Assembly: GCA_016860985.1 (NCBI GenBank)
Contig: BOKM01000001.1
Span: 655,462 to 719,461 of the forward strand
Direction of reading: 5' to 3'
Source: Patescibacteria group bacterium
Lineage (GTDB): Bacteria; Patescibacteriota; Dojkabacteria; GCA-002793355
DNA: 64,000 nucleotides
Both the position numbers and the translations under genes were made by a program. The notes under the pieces are model-generated. The model saw nothing but the letters and a program-made list of their open reading frames with translations, made no database searches and was not told where the DNA came from. Below, piece after piece: positions 35,823 through 45,283 of the stretch; positions within the stretch are counted from its first letter, which is position 1; each line of letters starts with the position of its first letter.

Positions 35823-36650
35823 ATGAATAATAAAACACTCATTGTTCTTATTGTCTTAATTGCCGCAGTTACCATTGGTATTGTGTCGTGGCGTACTCCG
35901 TCAACAGACACACCAACACCAACTCCCACACCTACTGCAACTGCTACACCTTCAGTTACCGATCCTTTTGCTGCAACACCAACGGTTACTACTACAGCAA
36001 CTCCGACCGTTACCACAACTGCAACACCAACGCCCACAGTCACAACAACTACTACACCCACACCAACTCCTACAACAGCTTCAACCTTTAACGACATTCG
36101 CGACGAGGATTGGTTCTACGGTGTAACTGAACAAACAGTCGGTAGTACCGTCTACTTTATTAGCGAAACTGATCCTAAAAAAGTAAAGAAAAACTCCTCA
36201 AACTCTGAAACTGGCGCACAAACGGTTTTCACAAGCGACACAAATGGTGAAGTTAACACTTTCTACGTTAATGGGAGTTATCTATATGTCGCCACCAAAC
36301 GAGATTCTTCGACCGGTACCTCCAAACTTCAACGAATGGTGCTTTCTTCTGGTTCAAAGGCAAAACTTTACGAGTTTTCTTCAAGTAAGTACGAAATTGC
36401 ACAATTTGCCATCATGAAGAATAACGATTCAAAGAGTGGGTATTATATTGGACTCGATGCAATCGCGAATAATGCTTCTCCAATGGGAATGTATGTGAAA
36501 AACTACGCTCAAGAGTGGATGAAAAACTTCGTTGGTATCGATAAAACGGCCGTTATTAAGGGTATCGCTCCAAACGAAGAAGGAACACAGCTAGCAGGCC
36601 TATTTACCGTAGGTAGCGAAGAATCTCAAGCTTATATCGAATTGGAGTAG
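35823..36650 (+). CDS. Membrane-anchored protein with Thr/Pro-rich stalk and beta-rich C-terminal domain
   Basis: TM helix, about 65 aa of TPT/TTTA repeats; TATACT 5 nt before ATG. Confidence 0.85.
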   Translation: MNNKTLIVLIVLIAAVTIGIVSWRTPSTDTPTPTPTPTATATPSVTDPFAATPTVTTTATPTVTTTATPTPTVTTTTTPTPTPTTASTFNDIRDEDWFYGVTEQTVGSTVYFISETDPKKVKKNSSNSETGAQTVFTSDTNGEVNTFYVNGSYLYVATKRDSSTGTSKLQRMVLSSGSKAKLYEFSSSKYEIAQFAIMKNNDSKSGYYIGLDAIANNASPMGMYVKNYAQEWMKNFVGIDKTAVIKGIAPNEEGTQLAGLFTVGSEESQAYIELE

Positions 36651-36653
36651 TTG

Positions 36654-37253
36654 ATGCGTTACGAAATTGACGCTCACTACTTACCGCTGTGGGAAGCAGC
36701 ACAGTCATATCAAGATAAACGGAATGATAAAGGTCATGCGTTTGTAGTGACGGCGTATGCCCGCTTTGTTGCAGCAAGAGAAAATTGTGATGCTGCAGTG
36801 GTAATTCCTGCTGCAATACTTCATGATATTGGGTGGTCCGCTGTTTCGTTAGAAGATAGAATGTCTATATTTCGATTTGATACTCCAAAAGAGCAGAAAA
36901 TGAAGGCAAGAGCGCTACATCAGGAACAAGGTGTATTGTTGGCAAAAGAACTACTTGAAAAAGTGCAATACGATACAGCACTTATTCCAGAAATACTCGA
37001 AATTATCTCGCAACACGACACCAGAAAAGGTTTTATCTCAAACAACGAAGGGGCTATGCGCGATGCTGATAAACTTTGGCGTTACGACGAGTATGGCTTT
37101 ATGTCCGATTATCTCAATGGAACAGGCGCTATCGCTGATCATATCGAAGATCAAGAACGGCATATTGATTCAGAGCATTTCTTTTGTTTTGATTCTTCAC
37201 GGCAGTTAGCTCGAGAGCTTTTGGCAAAACTGAAGGCAAAATACCTGCCGTAA
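36654..37253 (+). CDS. HD-domain phosphohydrolase
   Basis: H...LHDIGW...H...HD...DADKL. Confidence 0.87.
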   Translation: MRYEIDAHYLPLWEAAQSYQDKRNDKGHAFVVTAYARFVAARENCDAAVVIPAAILHDIGWSAVSLEDRMSIFRFDTPKEQKMKARALHQEQGVLLAKELLEKVQYDTALIPEILEIISQHDTRKGFISNNEGAMRDADKLWRYDEYGFMSDYLNGTGAIADHIEDQERHIDSEHFFCFDSSRQLARELLAKLKAKYLP

Positions 37254-37289
37254 TCTTCCACTTGTTACATTGAACACGTATAATCGAAT

Positions 37290-38720
37290 ATGGCAACGTT
37301 ACATTTTTACAATACACTGACTCGACAGCGGGAGCAGTTTGTTCCAATTAATCCAGAAAAAGTGACGTTGTATACTTGTGGACCAACCGTTTACGATTAT
37401 GCACATATTGGAAATCTTCGCGCTTATACATTTGCAGACACATTAAAAAGAGCCCTTGCCTTCATGGGTTACAAGGTGTTTCACGTCATGAATACAACTG
37501 ATGTTGGGCAGCTTGATAGCGATGCAGACCTCGGAGAAGACAAGATTATGATTGGCGTACGCCGTGCAGCTGAGCGAGGAGAAAAAGTAACAGTTTGGGA
37601 TATTGCACATTTATACACTGAGAAGTTTATCGAAGATCGCGATAGCATGAATATTCTACCTCCCGATAAGCTTGCGCCTGCAACGGAACATGTCCCTCAG
37701 ATGATCGAGCTTATAAAAAAGCTAGAAGCAAAAGGTTTTGCATACAGAACCTCAAAGGCGGTGTATTTCGATGTAACTAAATTCCCGACTTACACAAAGC
37801 TGTCTGGGCAAAAACTTGAAAACCTCCTTGAGGGTGTTCGTGAAGAGGTGGTTGTCGATTCTGAGAAACGAAACCCGATGGATTTTCGCCTCTGGCAGTT
37901 AGATCAACCGAATCACGCAATGTTGTGGGATTCACCGTGGGGCAAAGGCTTTCCTGGCTGGCATGTCGAGTGTTCTGCGATGGCAATGACGTACCTTGGC
38001 AACCATATTGATATTCACACAGGTGGTGTAGATCACATTCCAGTTCACCATACAAACGAGATTGCGCAATCGGAAGCAGCAACAGGCGAGAAGTTTGTAA
38101 ACTACTGGCTTCACAACGAGTTTATTCGTGTCGATAACGTCAAAATGTCAAAGAGCAAGAATAACTTTTACTCAATGAAAGATATTGTCGAGAAAGGTTT
38201 TAGTCCGCTTGATCTCAGATATTTGTATCTTGAAGCACATTATCGCTTTCCACAGAATTTTACGTGGGAAGCATTGGAAGGAGCGCGCTCTGCAAGAAAA
38301 AATCTTGTGGAACAAATGTCAATGTTTCTCACTTTACATGAGGGCAAAGTGCCCGAAGATGTTTCGAAAAATGAGTATAGAGAAAAGTTTGCTACTTATT
38401 TGGCAGATGACTTAAATATTCCTGGTGCTTTGTCAGTTGTTTGGGAAGTGGTAAAGAGTTCAGAACTCTCGGTTGGAACGAAAGTGGCGTTGCTTGCTGC
38501 GTTCGACACTGTACTGGGGCTAAAACTTTCTGAGGCACCAACATTATACTCAAGTTTTTCTGCCGAAGAGATTGAAGAAATATTAAAAATCGTAAATGAC
38601 CGAGAAAGTGCGAAAAAAGAGAAGGATTGGACTCTGGCTGACGAACTTCGAAATCGCTTGACAGAGAAAAAGGTCCGTGTAATCGATACTAAAGAAGGCA
38701 CTGTTGTTGTACCTGCGTAA
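37290..38720 (+). CDS. cysS: Cysteine--tRNA ligase
   Basis: CGPTVYDYAHIGN, GWHVECSAM, HHTNE, KMSKS. Confidence 0.97.
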   Translation: MATLHFYNTLTRQREQFVPINPEKVTLYTCGPTVYDYAHIGNLRAYTFADTLKRALAFMGYKVFHVMNTTDVGQLDSDADLGEDKIMIGVRRAAERGEKVTVWDIAHLYTEKFIEDRDSMNILPPDKLAPATEHVPQMIELIKKLEAKGFAYRTSKAVYFDVTKFPTYTKLSGQKLENLLEGVREEVVVDSEKRNPMDFRLWQLDQPNHAMLWDSPWGKGFPGWHVECSAMAMTYLGNHIDIHTGGVDHIPVHHTNEIAQSEAATGEKFVNYWLHNEFIRVDNVKMSKSKNNFYSMKDIVEKGFSPLDLRYLYLEAHYRFPQNFTWEALEGARSARKNLVEQMSMFLTLHEGKVPEDVSKNEYREKFATYLADDLNIPGALSVVWEVVKSSELSVGTKVALLAAFDTVLGLKLSEAPTLYSSFSAEEIEEILKIVNDRESAKKEKDWTLADELRNRLTEKKVRVIDTKEGTVVVPA

Positions 38721-38863
38721 AAACTATGGTGCAATCGCGTGTCCTGTAAAGTTCGAAAAATCACTACCTTGTGGTATAATTGCACAAACAAAAAAACATA
38801 GGAGGAGATTTTCTTATTGTGAACATAGCGAGTAATATGAGCAAAGCTCGTATTTACTGAGTT

Positions 38864-40054
38864 ATGAAGCAATACGAAAGAGCAATTATGCCAGGTACAA
38901 AAAAGAGCGCAGCTACTAACGCTGCACAAGTTCCTGCAATCACACAATTCGACGGCCAAATCGCAGATGTTGTTCGTTCTTACAAACAGCTAAAAACGGG
39001 CGATATTGTCGAAGGTGTCGTTATCAACAAAGAGCCAGGTGTTCTTGTTGTTGATGTTGGTGGTCGTAGCGAAGGGCTTATTGCTGGTCGAGAGCTCAAA
39101 AGTAAAGTAATTGACGTTGCCGGTATTAAAGTCGGTGATCCAATTCTCGTTTACGTGGTCTATCCAGAAAGTAAAGACGGAAGCTTGGTTCTTTCATTGA
39201 AGAGAACTGAAGAAGTCAGAATCTGGTTCGATCTAGAAAAAGCAGCACGTAACGGTGATGTCTTAGACGCAACTGTTGTCGAAGTCAACACTGGTGGTGT
39301 TATCTGTGAACTCTACGAAGGTGTTCGCGGCTTTATCCCAACGTCACAGTTGGATCCAGCCAGAATCTTCGAGAGCGGAAAGAAGATGTACGGTAAAGAC
39401 GTTACATCAGTTGTTCAACAACGATTAACTCAACTTCTTAGCGAGCAAATCAAGGTCAAAATTATTGAACTTGATCGTGAAAGAAGCCGAATTATTCTTT
39501 CTGAAAAGCAGGTTACTTTTGGTTCAGATATGGCAGCAAAAGAGAAGTTGCTTAAGAAAATCAAAGAAGGAGATATTCTTGACGGTAAAGTTACCGCCAT
39601 CACTCCTTATGGTATTTTCGTAAACACTTCAGGCCTTGAAGGTTTGGTGCACTTGTCAGAACTCTCATGGGATAAAGTTACCGATGTCGGTCGACTTTAT
39701 AACGTCGGAGATGATGTCAAGGTAATGGTACTCGAGATCAAAGAAGGTGGCCGCAGAATCGCCTACAGCGTCAAGCGCCTCATCGATGACCCTTGGAAGA
39801 ACCGCATCAAGAAGTACAAGATTGGAGAAGTTGTTGACGGTGTTGTTGAAGGTGTTGTTGAATATGGAGCATTCGTTCGTATCGATGACGGTATTAACGG
39901 ATTGATTCACATTTCAGAACTTTCTGACAAATTAGTCAAAAACCCATCTGATATTGTTACTCCAGGGCAAAAAGTTAAAGTATCAATTCTCTCAATTTCT
40001 GAGACGGAACGACACTTAAGCTTAAGCCTCAAGCGAGTCAAAGCAGGAAAGTAA
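38864..40054 (+). CDS. rpsA: 30S ribosomal protein S1 (four S1 domains)
   Basis: Four S1 repeats (GFIP.SQL, GLVHLSELSW, GLIHISEL); the start may be 38888. Confidence 0.93.
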   Translation: MKQYERAIMPGTKKSAATNAAQVPAITQFDGQIADVVRSYKQLKTGDIVEGVVINKEPGVLVVDVGGRSEGLIAGRELKSKVIDVAGIKVGDPILVYVVYPESKDGSLVLSLKRTEEVRIWFDLEKAARNGDVLDATVVEVNTGGVICELYEGVRGFIPTSQLDPARIFESGKKMYGKDVTSVVQQRLTQLLSEQIKVKIIELDRERSRIILSEKQVTFGSDMAAKEKLLKKIKEGDILDGKVTAITPYGIFVNTSGLEGLVHLSELSWDKVTDVGRLYNVGDDVKVMVLEIKEGGRRIAYSVKRLIDDPWKNRIKKYKIGEVVDGVVEGVVEYGAFVRIDDGINGLIHISELSDKLVKNPSDIVTPGQKVKVSILSISETERHLSLSLKRVKAGK

Positions 40055-40080
40055 TCAAAACTTTTCAAAAATAAAAAGGC

Positions 40081-40114
40081 GAAGAACGGGAGGAAACTCC
40101 CGTTCTTTCGTTTT
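40081..40114 (+). terminator. Intrinsic (likely bidirectional) terminator between rpsA and the convergent gene
   Basis: AAGAACGGGAG-GAAA-CTCCCGTTCTT then TCGTTTT. Confidence 0.8.
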
Positions 40115-40125
40115 ATACAGATAAA

Positions 40126-40680
40126 TTACTGCCGCTCGTTGTCTATGAGTGTGCGAAGATATTCTGCAACACTCATTCCCTTTTGTTTGGCAGTTGTTTC
40201 AAGGAAGCGGATTTGTGAGTGTGAAAGAAAGAAATTAAACCGGTTTGGCAAACTTTCTTTTTGGCAACGCGCAATGAACTTGTCAATAATAGGTACGAGG
40301 GTTTCTTTTGTATAACGTGCACCGTGAAAATATTTAGAAAAAATTTTTCTTTCGAAATTTTCAAATAGTGAAAGGCACAACACGTGCTTCTTGCTTTGGA
40401 TTGCCAGCGTCATTTCGTGTCCAAGTTGAAAACACTCTTCGCTCACTTCAAATATAACTGCATCTGCCCATTCAATACCTTTTCTAATCGCTTCATAGTG
40501 AACTCGACGGTTCGTGTCTGTATGGATAGGGTCTGAGGGGGCAAGAATTTGTAGGTAATTGCCCTTTTCTGGTGATATAAGTTTTACGTTGGGGTGGGTA
40601 TCAAGTGTTTGTCGAATCAAATCGAATTCTGATTGAAATTTTTTCTTTCCTGAGTAGGGTGCAGTAAAAAATATATTCAT
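40126..40680 (-). CDS. Nucleoside 2-deoxyribosyltransferase-like domain fused to a C-terminal ribbon-helix-helix
   Basis: IFFTAP...I..ADAVIFEVS...LGHE..LA..KKHVLCL; C-terminal RFNFFLS...LE..AKQKGMSVAEYLRTLI. Confidence 0.75.
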   Translation of the reverse strand: MNIFFTAPYSGKKKFQSEFDLIRQTLDTHPNVKLISPEKGNYLQILAPSDPIHTDTNRRVHYEAIRKGIEWADAVIFEVSEECFQLGHEMTLAIQSKKHVLCLSLFENFERKIFSKYFHGARYTKETLVPIIDKFIARCQKESLPNRFNFFLSHSQIRFLETTAKQKGMSVAEYLRTLIDNERQ

Positions 40681-40763
40681 AGGTGAGTATATATGTATAT
40701 AAAAAGTTTCGCAAAAGGGGACTGCTATTAGATAATATCGTTATTGTATGTAAATTAATTTGT

Positions 40764-41201
40764 ATGTTTACTATGGTTACTCCTACATGTATGGGAATTC
40801 ACGTGAAATGCCAGTCAATAGAGAAATCGCTGGCTTTTTACCGAGTGCTGGGCTTTACACCTGTTTTTGCCTATGGTTCAGCCGAATTTACCCAACAGTT
40901 CACATGCCCTACGGCACCAGAAAGTTATTCAGGTGTAACGTTTGAAATAGGTGGTGGACTATTTGAGATCGCAGATGGACATATTGCTGTTAAGCCAGAG
41001 GTATTCAAAGTACACATTGATTCGTCAAAAATCTCGGCCATGTTCGATGTAGCATCTGTCGATGACTTAGTTGAGGTATGTCGAAGAAATGATATCCAAA
41101 TCGCAGTAGAACCACGCGTTTTTCCTTGGGGAACAAAAGAAGTGGTAATTAAAGACCCAGATGGCTTTGTGTTGGTGTTTAGAGAGTTTGTGAATAAATA
41201 G
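40764..41201 (+). CDS. VOC/glyoxalase-family protein
   Basis: IEKSLAFY..LGF, F.V..VD, PWG.KE..IKDPDG. Confidence 0.88.
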   Translation: MFTMVTPTCMGIHVKCQSIEKSLAFYRVLGFTPVFAYGSAEFTQQFTCPTAPESYSGVTFEIGGGLFEIADGHIAVKPEVFKVHIDSSKISAMFDVASVDDLVEVCRRNDIQIAVEPRVFPWGTKEVVIKDPDGFVLVFREFVNK

Positions 41202-41257
41202 TTCGCTTCTCTAAGAAAACATACTATAATCCCGCATAATAAATTTGAACGTAGATT

Positions 41258-42148
41258 ATGCAGGTACTCGCTAATTTGGCTCCTTTGTATCTAATAGCGC
41301 TTGTTTCGTATATCTTGAAGCAACGAAAGGTGTTTTCGGAAGATACCGCAAAGGTACTGGTTCCTGTTATGTTCAAATTGTCTGGTCCGGCACTCGTATA
41401 CGTCGCCATCTCGAGTCAACGCTTGGATGCAGGTTCTTTGTTGTTAATTGGTATCGGTACAGTCGCGTTTCTTGCTTTTTGGGGCGTTTTTGGTCTACTA
41501 AATAAGAAACTAGTTGCAGGAGAAGAGACTCAAAAAGCACTTCTGTTAGGAGGTTTATCCTTTGCTGTCGGCACAATCGCATATCCATTGATACAACTTT
41601 CTTTTCCACAGAGTGTGTTTGCCAAAGTGGTTATTATTGATTTAACACTGCTAATTCTGTTTATGGCAATTGCGCCACTACTGGTCAGTAAAGAGAGTGG
41701 TGCAGCAAAACTTACCGCTACCTTAACAAGAGATCCAATTTTGTGGGCGGTATATCTTGGTGTGGCAGCGAGTTTGCTGAAGGTTCAATTACCACAAGAG
41801 CTTTTTCAGGTATTTCAATTTGCTGGAAATAGTTTTTCCTTCTTGTCTGCAGTGCTTCTTGGTGTCACCGTTACCGTGCCATCTTCAGAGCAATTCAAGA
41901 AGGTGTTTTCTGCTGTGGCGATAAAAATTATGCTTTGAGTTTTGCTTTCTGCATTGATTTGGGTTTTACCATTGTCATTGGAGATTAAACAAGCAACGAT
42001 TATGACCATAAGCGCTCCAGTAGGTTTGTTCCCTGTTATCTACGCAAAGCTGTACGGGCTTAACGAGGAATTTGTCGCTCAGATGTCGGTAGTAGGGGTA
42101 TTTGTAACGTTGTTCTTGTATCCGCTTGTAATTGCTTTAATAGTGTAA
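41258..42148 (+). pseudogene. AEC-family (auxin efflux carrier-like) transporter interrupted by one in-frame TGA at 41936-41938
   Basis: ORFs 41258..41938 and 41942..42148 share a frame (ATG CTT TGA GTT TTG); the joined length of 296 codons has PAL, YP and AP AEC motifs. Confidence 0.8.
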
Positions 42149-42186
42149 TACTTGCGTATTAGCAGTCAACTGTTATAATTGCTAGT

Positions 42187-44736
42187 ATGAGAAGTAAGCA
42201 ACAAAAAAGAACCACCCCTGTGCAACTTTCTAGATTTTCGAAACCCTTTACTCGTATGATGGAAAACGCGTTTCGAATTGCGCAAAAAACAAAGGCCGAA
42301 ACAGTAGAACCTAAACACCTTTTTGCCGCAATACTTCTAGATAAGGAATCGCTAGCTTTTTTCTTGCTTGAAAAGTTCGGGATAGATGCAGCAGAAACAA
42401 TTAGACGACTTACTTCGAAAAGTGCTTCAGACTTTAAGTCAAAAACATGGAGAAAGAACCCACTTTTAGAGATGCATCCCTCTACAAATTTGCTAATCTT
42501 CGAAGCAGCACGCATTGCTCGCGAGGGTAGTGGCTATTACGTTGGCACAGAACATGTGTTACTTGCGCTTTTTAGTGGTGAAACTAAAGACTTATCATTC
42601 GTGAAAGAACTCTTGTCGCATATCACGTCATTGCCAAATTTTGTAAACGACGTTTTGAGGGCGGTTTCGCTTCCATTTGAAATTCTTCGCCAGGCAGAAG
42701 ATGTTTCGCTTCCGTTATCTAAGCCTTTACCGCAGTTACAACAAGAGAATGGTGAATCAGCTATTTCGCTTTTTACCGAACATCTTACCAATAGATACCG
42801 TCAGTTTGATGCGGTTGTCACAAAAGAGCAGCGCAAAGAATTTACAGATCAAATTCTCACCATTTTGCTTCGAGCAAAGAATCGCAATGTATTACTCGTA
42901 GGTCCGAGTGGGGTAGGAAAGTCGCACATTATCGATGAGTTATCCTACCGTTTAGTAGAAGGTGATGTTCCAATTTCAACAACGCATAAAAAACTGCTTC
43001 GGTTAAACCTACCTGCAATCATTGCGACGGCAAAATTTCCAACAGAAATTGAAAAACAGGTAATGGCAGTCTTAAACGATGCCTATGGTTCCGACGAAAT
43101 CGTGTTGTATTTTGACGATTTTGCTACCTTACTTGGTACTCCAATTCGTGGCGGTTTAAACATGGGAGCGACCTTTAAAGCGTTTTTAGAGCGAAACGAG
43201 ATAAGCATCATTGCTTCAATCTCTCCGGAAGAGCTTCACCAAATGTATGAAAATAACCGAGCGTTACTGCGCTTCTTTTCCGTTATTGAAGTCGAAGAAC
43301 CTGCACAAGATCAAACATCGACCCTTCTAAAAGACGCTGTTAAGCAACTTGAGCTTGATCATGGGATTGTTTATGAAACTGCAGCAATAGATGCCGCAGT
43401 TCGGCTCACCACGCAGTACATTCCTGATAGAGTCCTTCCTGAAAAAGCGATTGAAATACTCGATTTGGCTGCCAGCAAAAAGAAATTTTCTCGGGAATAT
43501 AAGTATCGTGGTTTAGGTGAATTACTCAAGCAGCGAAAAGAACTTCAAGATAAAAAAGATCGTTTGGTAAGCCTTGGAGAATATAAAGCAGCAGAAGAAA
43601 TGCAGCGTGAGGTATTGGCATCTTCGCGAAAAATTAAGGAATTGCAAGACAAGCATAAAAGAGATGTACAGCAGTCCAAGATTGTAATTACCGATGCCGA
43701 TGTAAGGGATATCGTATCACTTTGGACAAAACTACCTATTACGACCGTTAGTGCAGATGAAACTTCTATGCTTTTGCAACTTGAAGGAAAGATTAAAGAG
43801 TCAATTATTAGTCAAGAAGATGCAATAAAGCAGGTTTCGAACGCCGTAAAACGCGGGAGAGTAGGCATTACAAGTAAAAAACGACCATGGGTTAGCTTAC
43901 TGTTTCTTGGCCCAACCGGAGTTGGAAAGACCGAGTTAGCGAAAGTTCTTGCAAAAAACTTATTCGGTGAAAACGAAGATAGGCTTATCCAAATCGATAT
44001 GTCTGAATACATGGAGCAGCACAGTGTCTCGAAGCTTATTGGATCGCCACCAGGATATGTTGGATTTGAGCAGGGTGGGTGGTTAACCGAAAAAATTACA
44101 GAAAATCCGTACAGTGTTGTGCTTTTCGACGAAATTGAAAAGGCCCATCCAGACGTCCTGAACCTTTTGTTACAAGTGTTAGAAGATGGCCACTTGATGG
44201 ATGCAAAAGGAAATAGAGTGAGCTTTCAAAATACGATTATTATCTTGACCTCAAATATCGGAGCAGAGCAGATTGCCGAAGATAAGGTACTTGGCTTTTA
44301 CCGAGAGCAAAAGCAACGAAACTTGGTCGAATTAAGCACCGAAGCTTACGACGAAATGAAGGAAAAATTAATGAAAGAGTTACGAAAGAAACTACGACCA
44401 GAGCTTCTCAACCGCCTTGATGATGTAATCATCTTTAAGGGACTTAGCAAGCAAGACGCTGCAAAAGTACTAGAAATTCTTATCAAAGAATTGAATGCAC
44501 GACTCCAAGAGATGAATATTTCAGTTGATATCAACGATAAAAGTAAAAAGTATATCATCGACAAAGGCTTTAGCGCCGAATATGGGGCACGTCCATTACG
44601 TCGTGTGTTGCAGCATGAAGTAGAGAACCTAGTTGCCGACTATGTACTTGAGCATAATCTTCTCGATACAAGAGGAAAAGAGTTGCTCGCGCTTGCGGTC
44701 GATATTAAAGGTAAAAAATTGGTTATTCGTGCGTAA
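42187..44736 (+). CDS. clpC: ClpC-like Hsp100 chaperone with degenerate first AAA+ module
   Basis: Clp_N repeats, middle coiled coil, intact AAA-2 (GPTGVGKT, IDMSEY, PPGYVG, DEIEKAH, GARPLRR), LGF loop. Confidence 0.88.
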   Translation: MRSKQQKRTTPVQLSRFSKPFTRMMENAFRIAQKTKAETVEPKHLFAAILLDKESLAFFLLEKFGIDAAETIRRLTSKSASDFKSKTWRKNPLLEMHPSTNLLIFEAARIAREGSGYYVGTEHVLLALFSGETKDLSFVKELLSHITSLPNFVNDVLRAVSLPFEILRQAEDVSLPLSKPLPQLQQENGESAISLFTEHLTNRYRQFDAVVTKEQRKEFTDQILTILLRAKNRNVLLVGPSGVGKSHIIDELSYRLVEGDVPISTTHKKLLRLNLPAIIATAKFPTEIEKQVMAVLNDAYGSDEIVLYFDDFATLLGTPIRGGLNMGATFKAFLERNEISIIASISPEELHQMYENNRALLRFFSVIEVEEPAQDQTSTLLKDAVKQLELDHGIVYETAAIDAAVRLTTQYIPDRVLPEKAIEILDLAASKKKFSREYKYRGLGELLKQRKELQDKKDRLVSLGEYKAAEEMQREVLASSRKIKELQDKHKRDVQQSKIVITDADVRDIVSLWTKLPITTVSADETSMLLQLEGKIKESIISQEDAIKQVSNAVKRGRVGITSKKRPWVSLLFLGPTGVGKTELAKVLAKNLFGENEDRLIQIDMSEYMEQHSVSKLIGSPPGYVGFEQGGWLTEKITENPYSVVLFDEIEKAHPDVLNLLLQVLEDGHLMDAKGNRVSFQNTIIILTSNIGAEQIAEDKVLGFYREQKQRNLVELSTEAYDEMKEKLMKELRKKLRPELLNRLDDVIIFKGLSKQDAAKVLEILIKELNARLQEMNISVDINDKSKKYIIDKGFSAEYGARPLRRVLQHEVENLVADYVLEHNLLDTRGKELLALAVDIKGKKLVIRA

Positions 44737-44863
44737 GAATCGTGTGGTTTGGAATTGCCGCTAACGTTGCAATAACCTAGTATTCATCATAGACGAAATA
44801 TGAACGACATATGGTTCTTATTCACTCTTTTGTCAGTTCATTTTCCCCGCGGCATACTCTTTT

Positions 44864-45265
44864 ATGGAAAAATCAATTTTGCAATCCAAGTCGTTTGACT
44901 TGGCAGTAGCGGTATACCGAAAGGTCGCCGACCTGCAAAAAAAGCAGAAGGAGTTTTTGTTAAGTCAGCAGTGGGCAGATTCGGTTGCTACTGTTGCGTT
45001 ACATATGTATCTTGCACAAGAACTTCACTCAAAGAATTCCTTGTCGATTAATCTTTACACCGCACGAAAATCGACGTTGAAAGGGTTGTTTTGGACGAAC
45101 TTGCTGGTTGGTATGGAGTACCTTTCGAGTGATACCGCTAAAGATGTTACTCAAGGGCTTACAGAACTCCTGAAGATGCTTCAGGCATCGATTAACACAC
45201 TTTCTCGTAAACGACAGGGTAGTGACGAAGGCCACACCTTGGAAGAAGTTTCAGAAAGTGAATGA
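44864..45265 (+). CDS. Four-helix-bundle protein (23S rRNA IVP / Avd-like family), diverged
   Basis: KSF.LAV.VY...KE..LS.Q...A.K...FW..LL...EL.KML pattern. Confidence 0.7.
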   Translation: MEKSILQSKSFDLAVAVYRKVADLQKKQKEFLLSQQWADSVATVALHMYLAQELHSKNSLSINLYTARKSTLKGLFWTNLLVGMEYLSSDTAKDVTQGLTELLKMLQASINTLSRKRQGSDEGHTLEEVSESE

Positions 45266-45283
45266 GTAGCATATAATCAACAT

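Noticed and set aside
41936-41938. Genetic code 25 (TGA=Gly) for the genome
   Set aside because: All other long genes are intact under code 11, and TGA functions as a stop (ychF, ATGA overlaps at 57388 and 58683).
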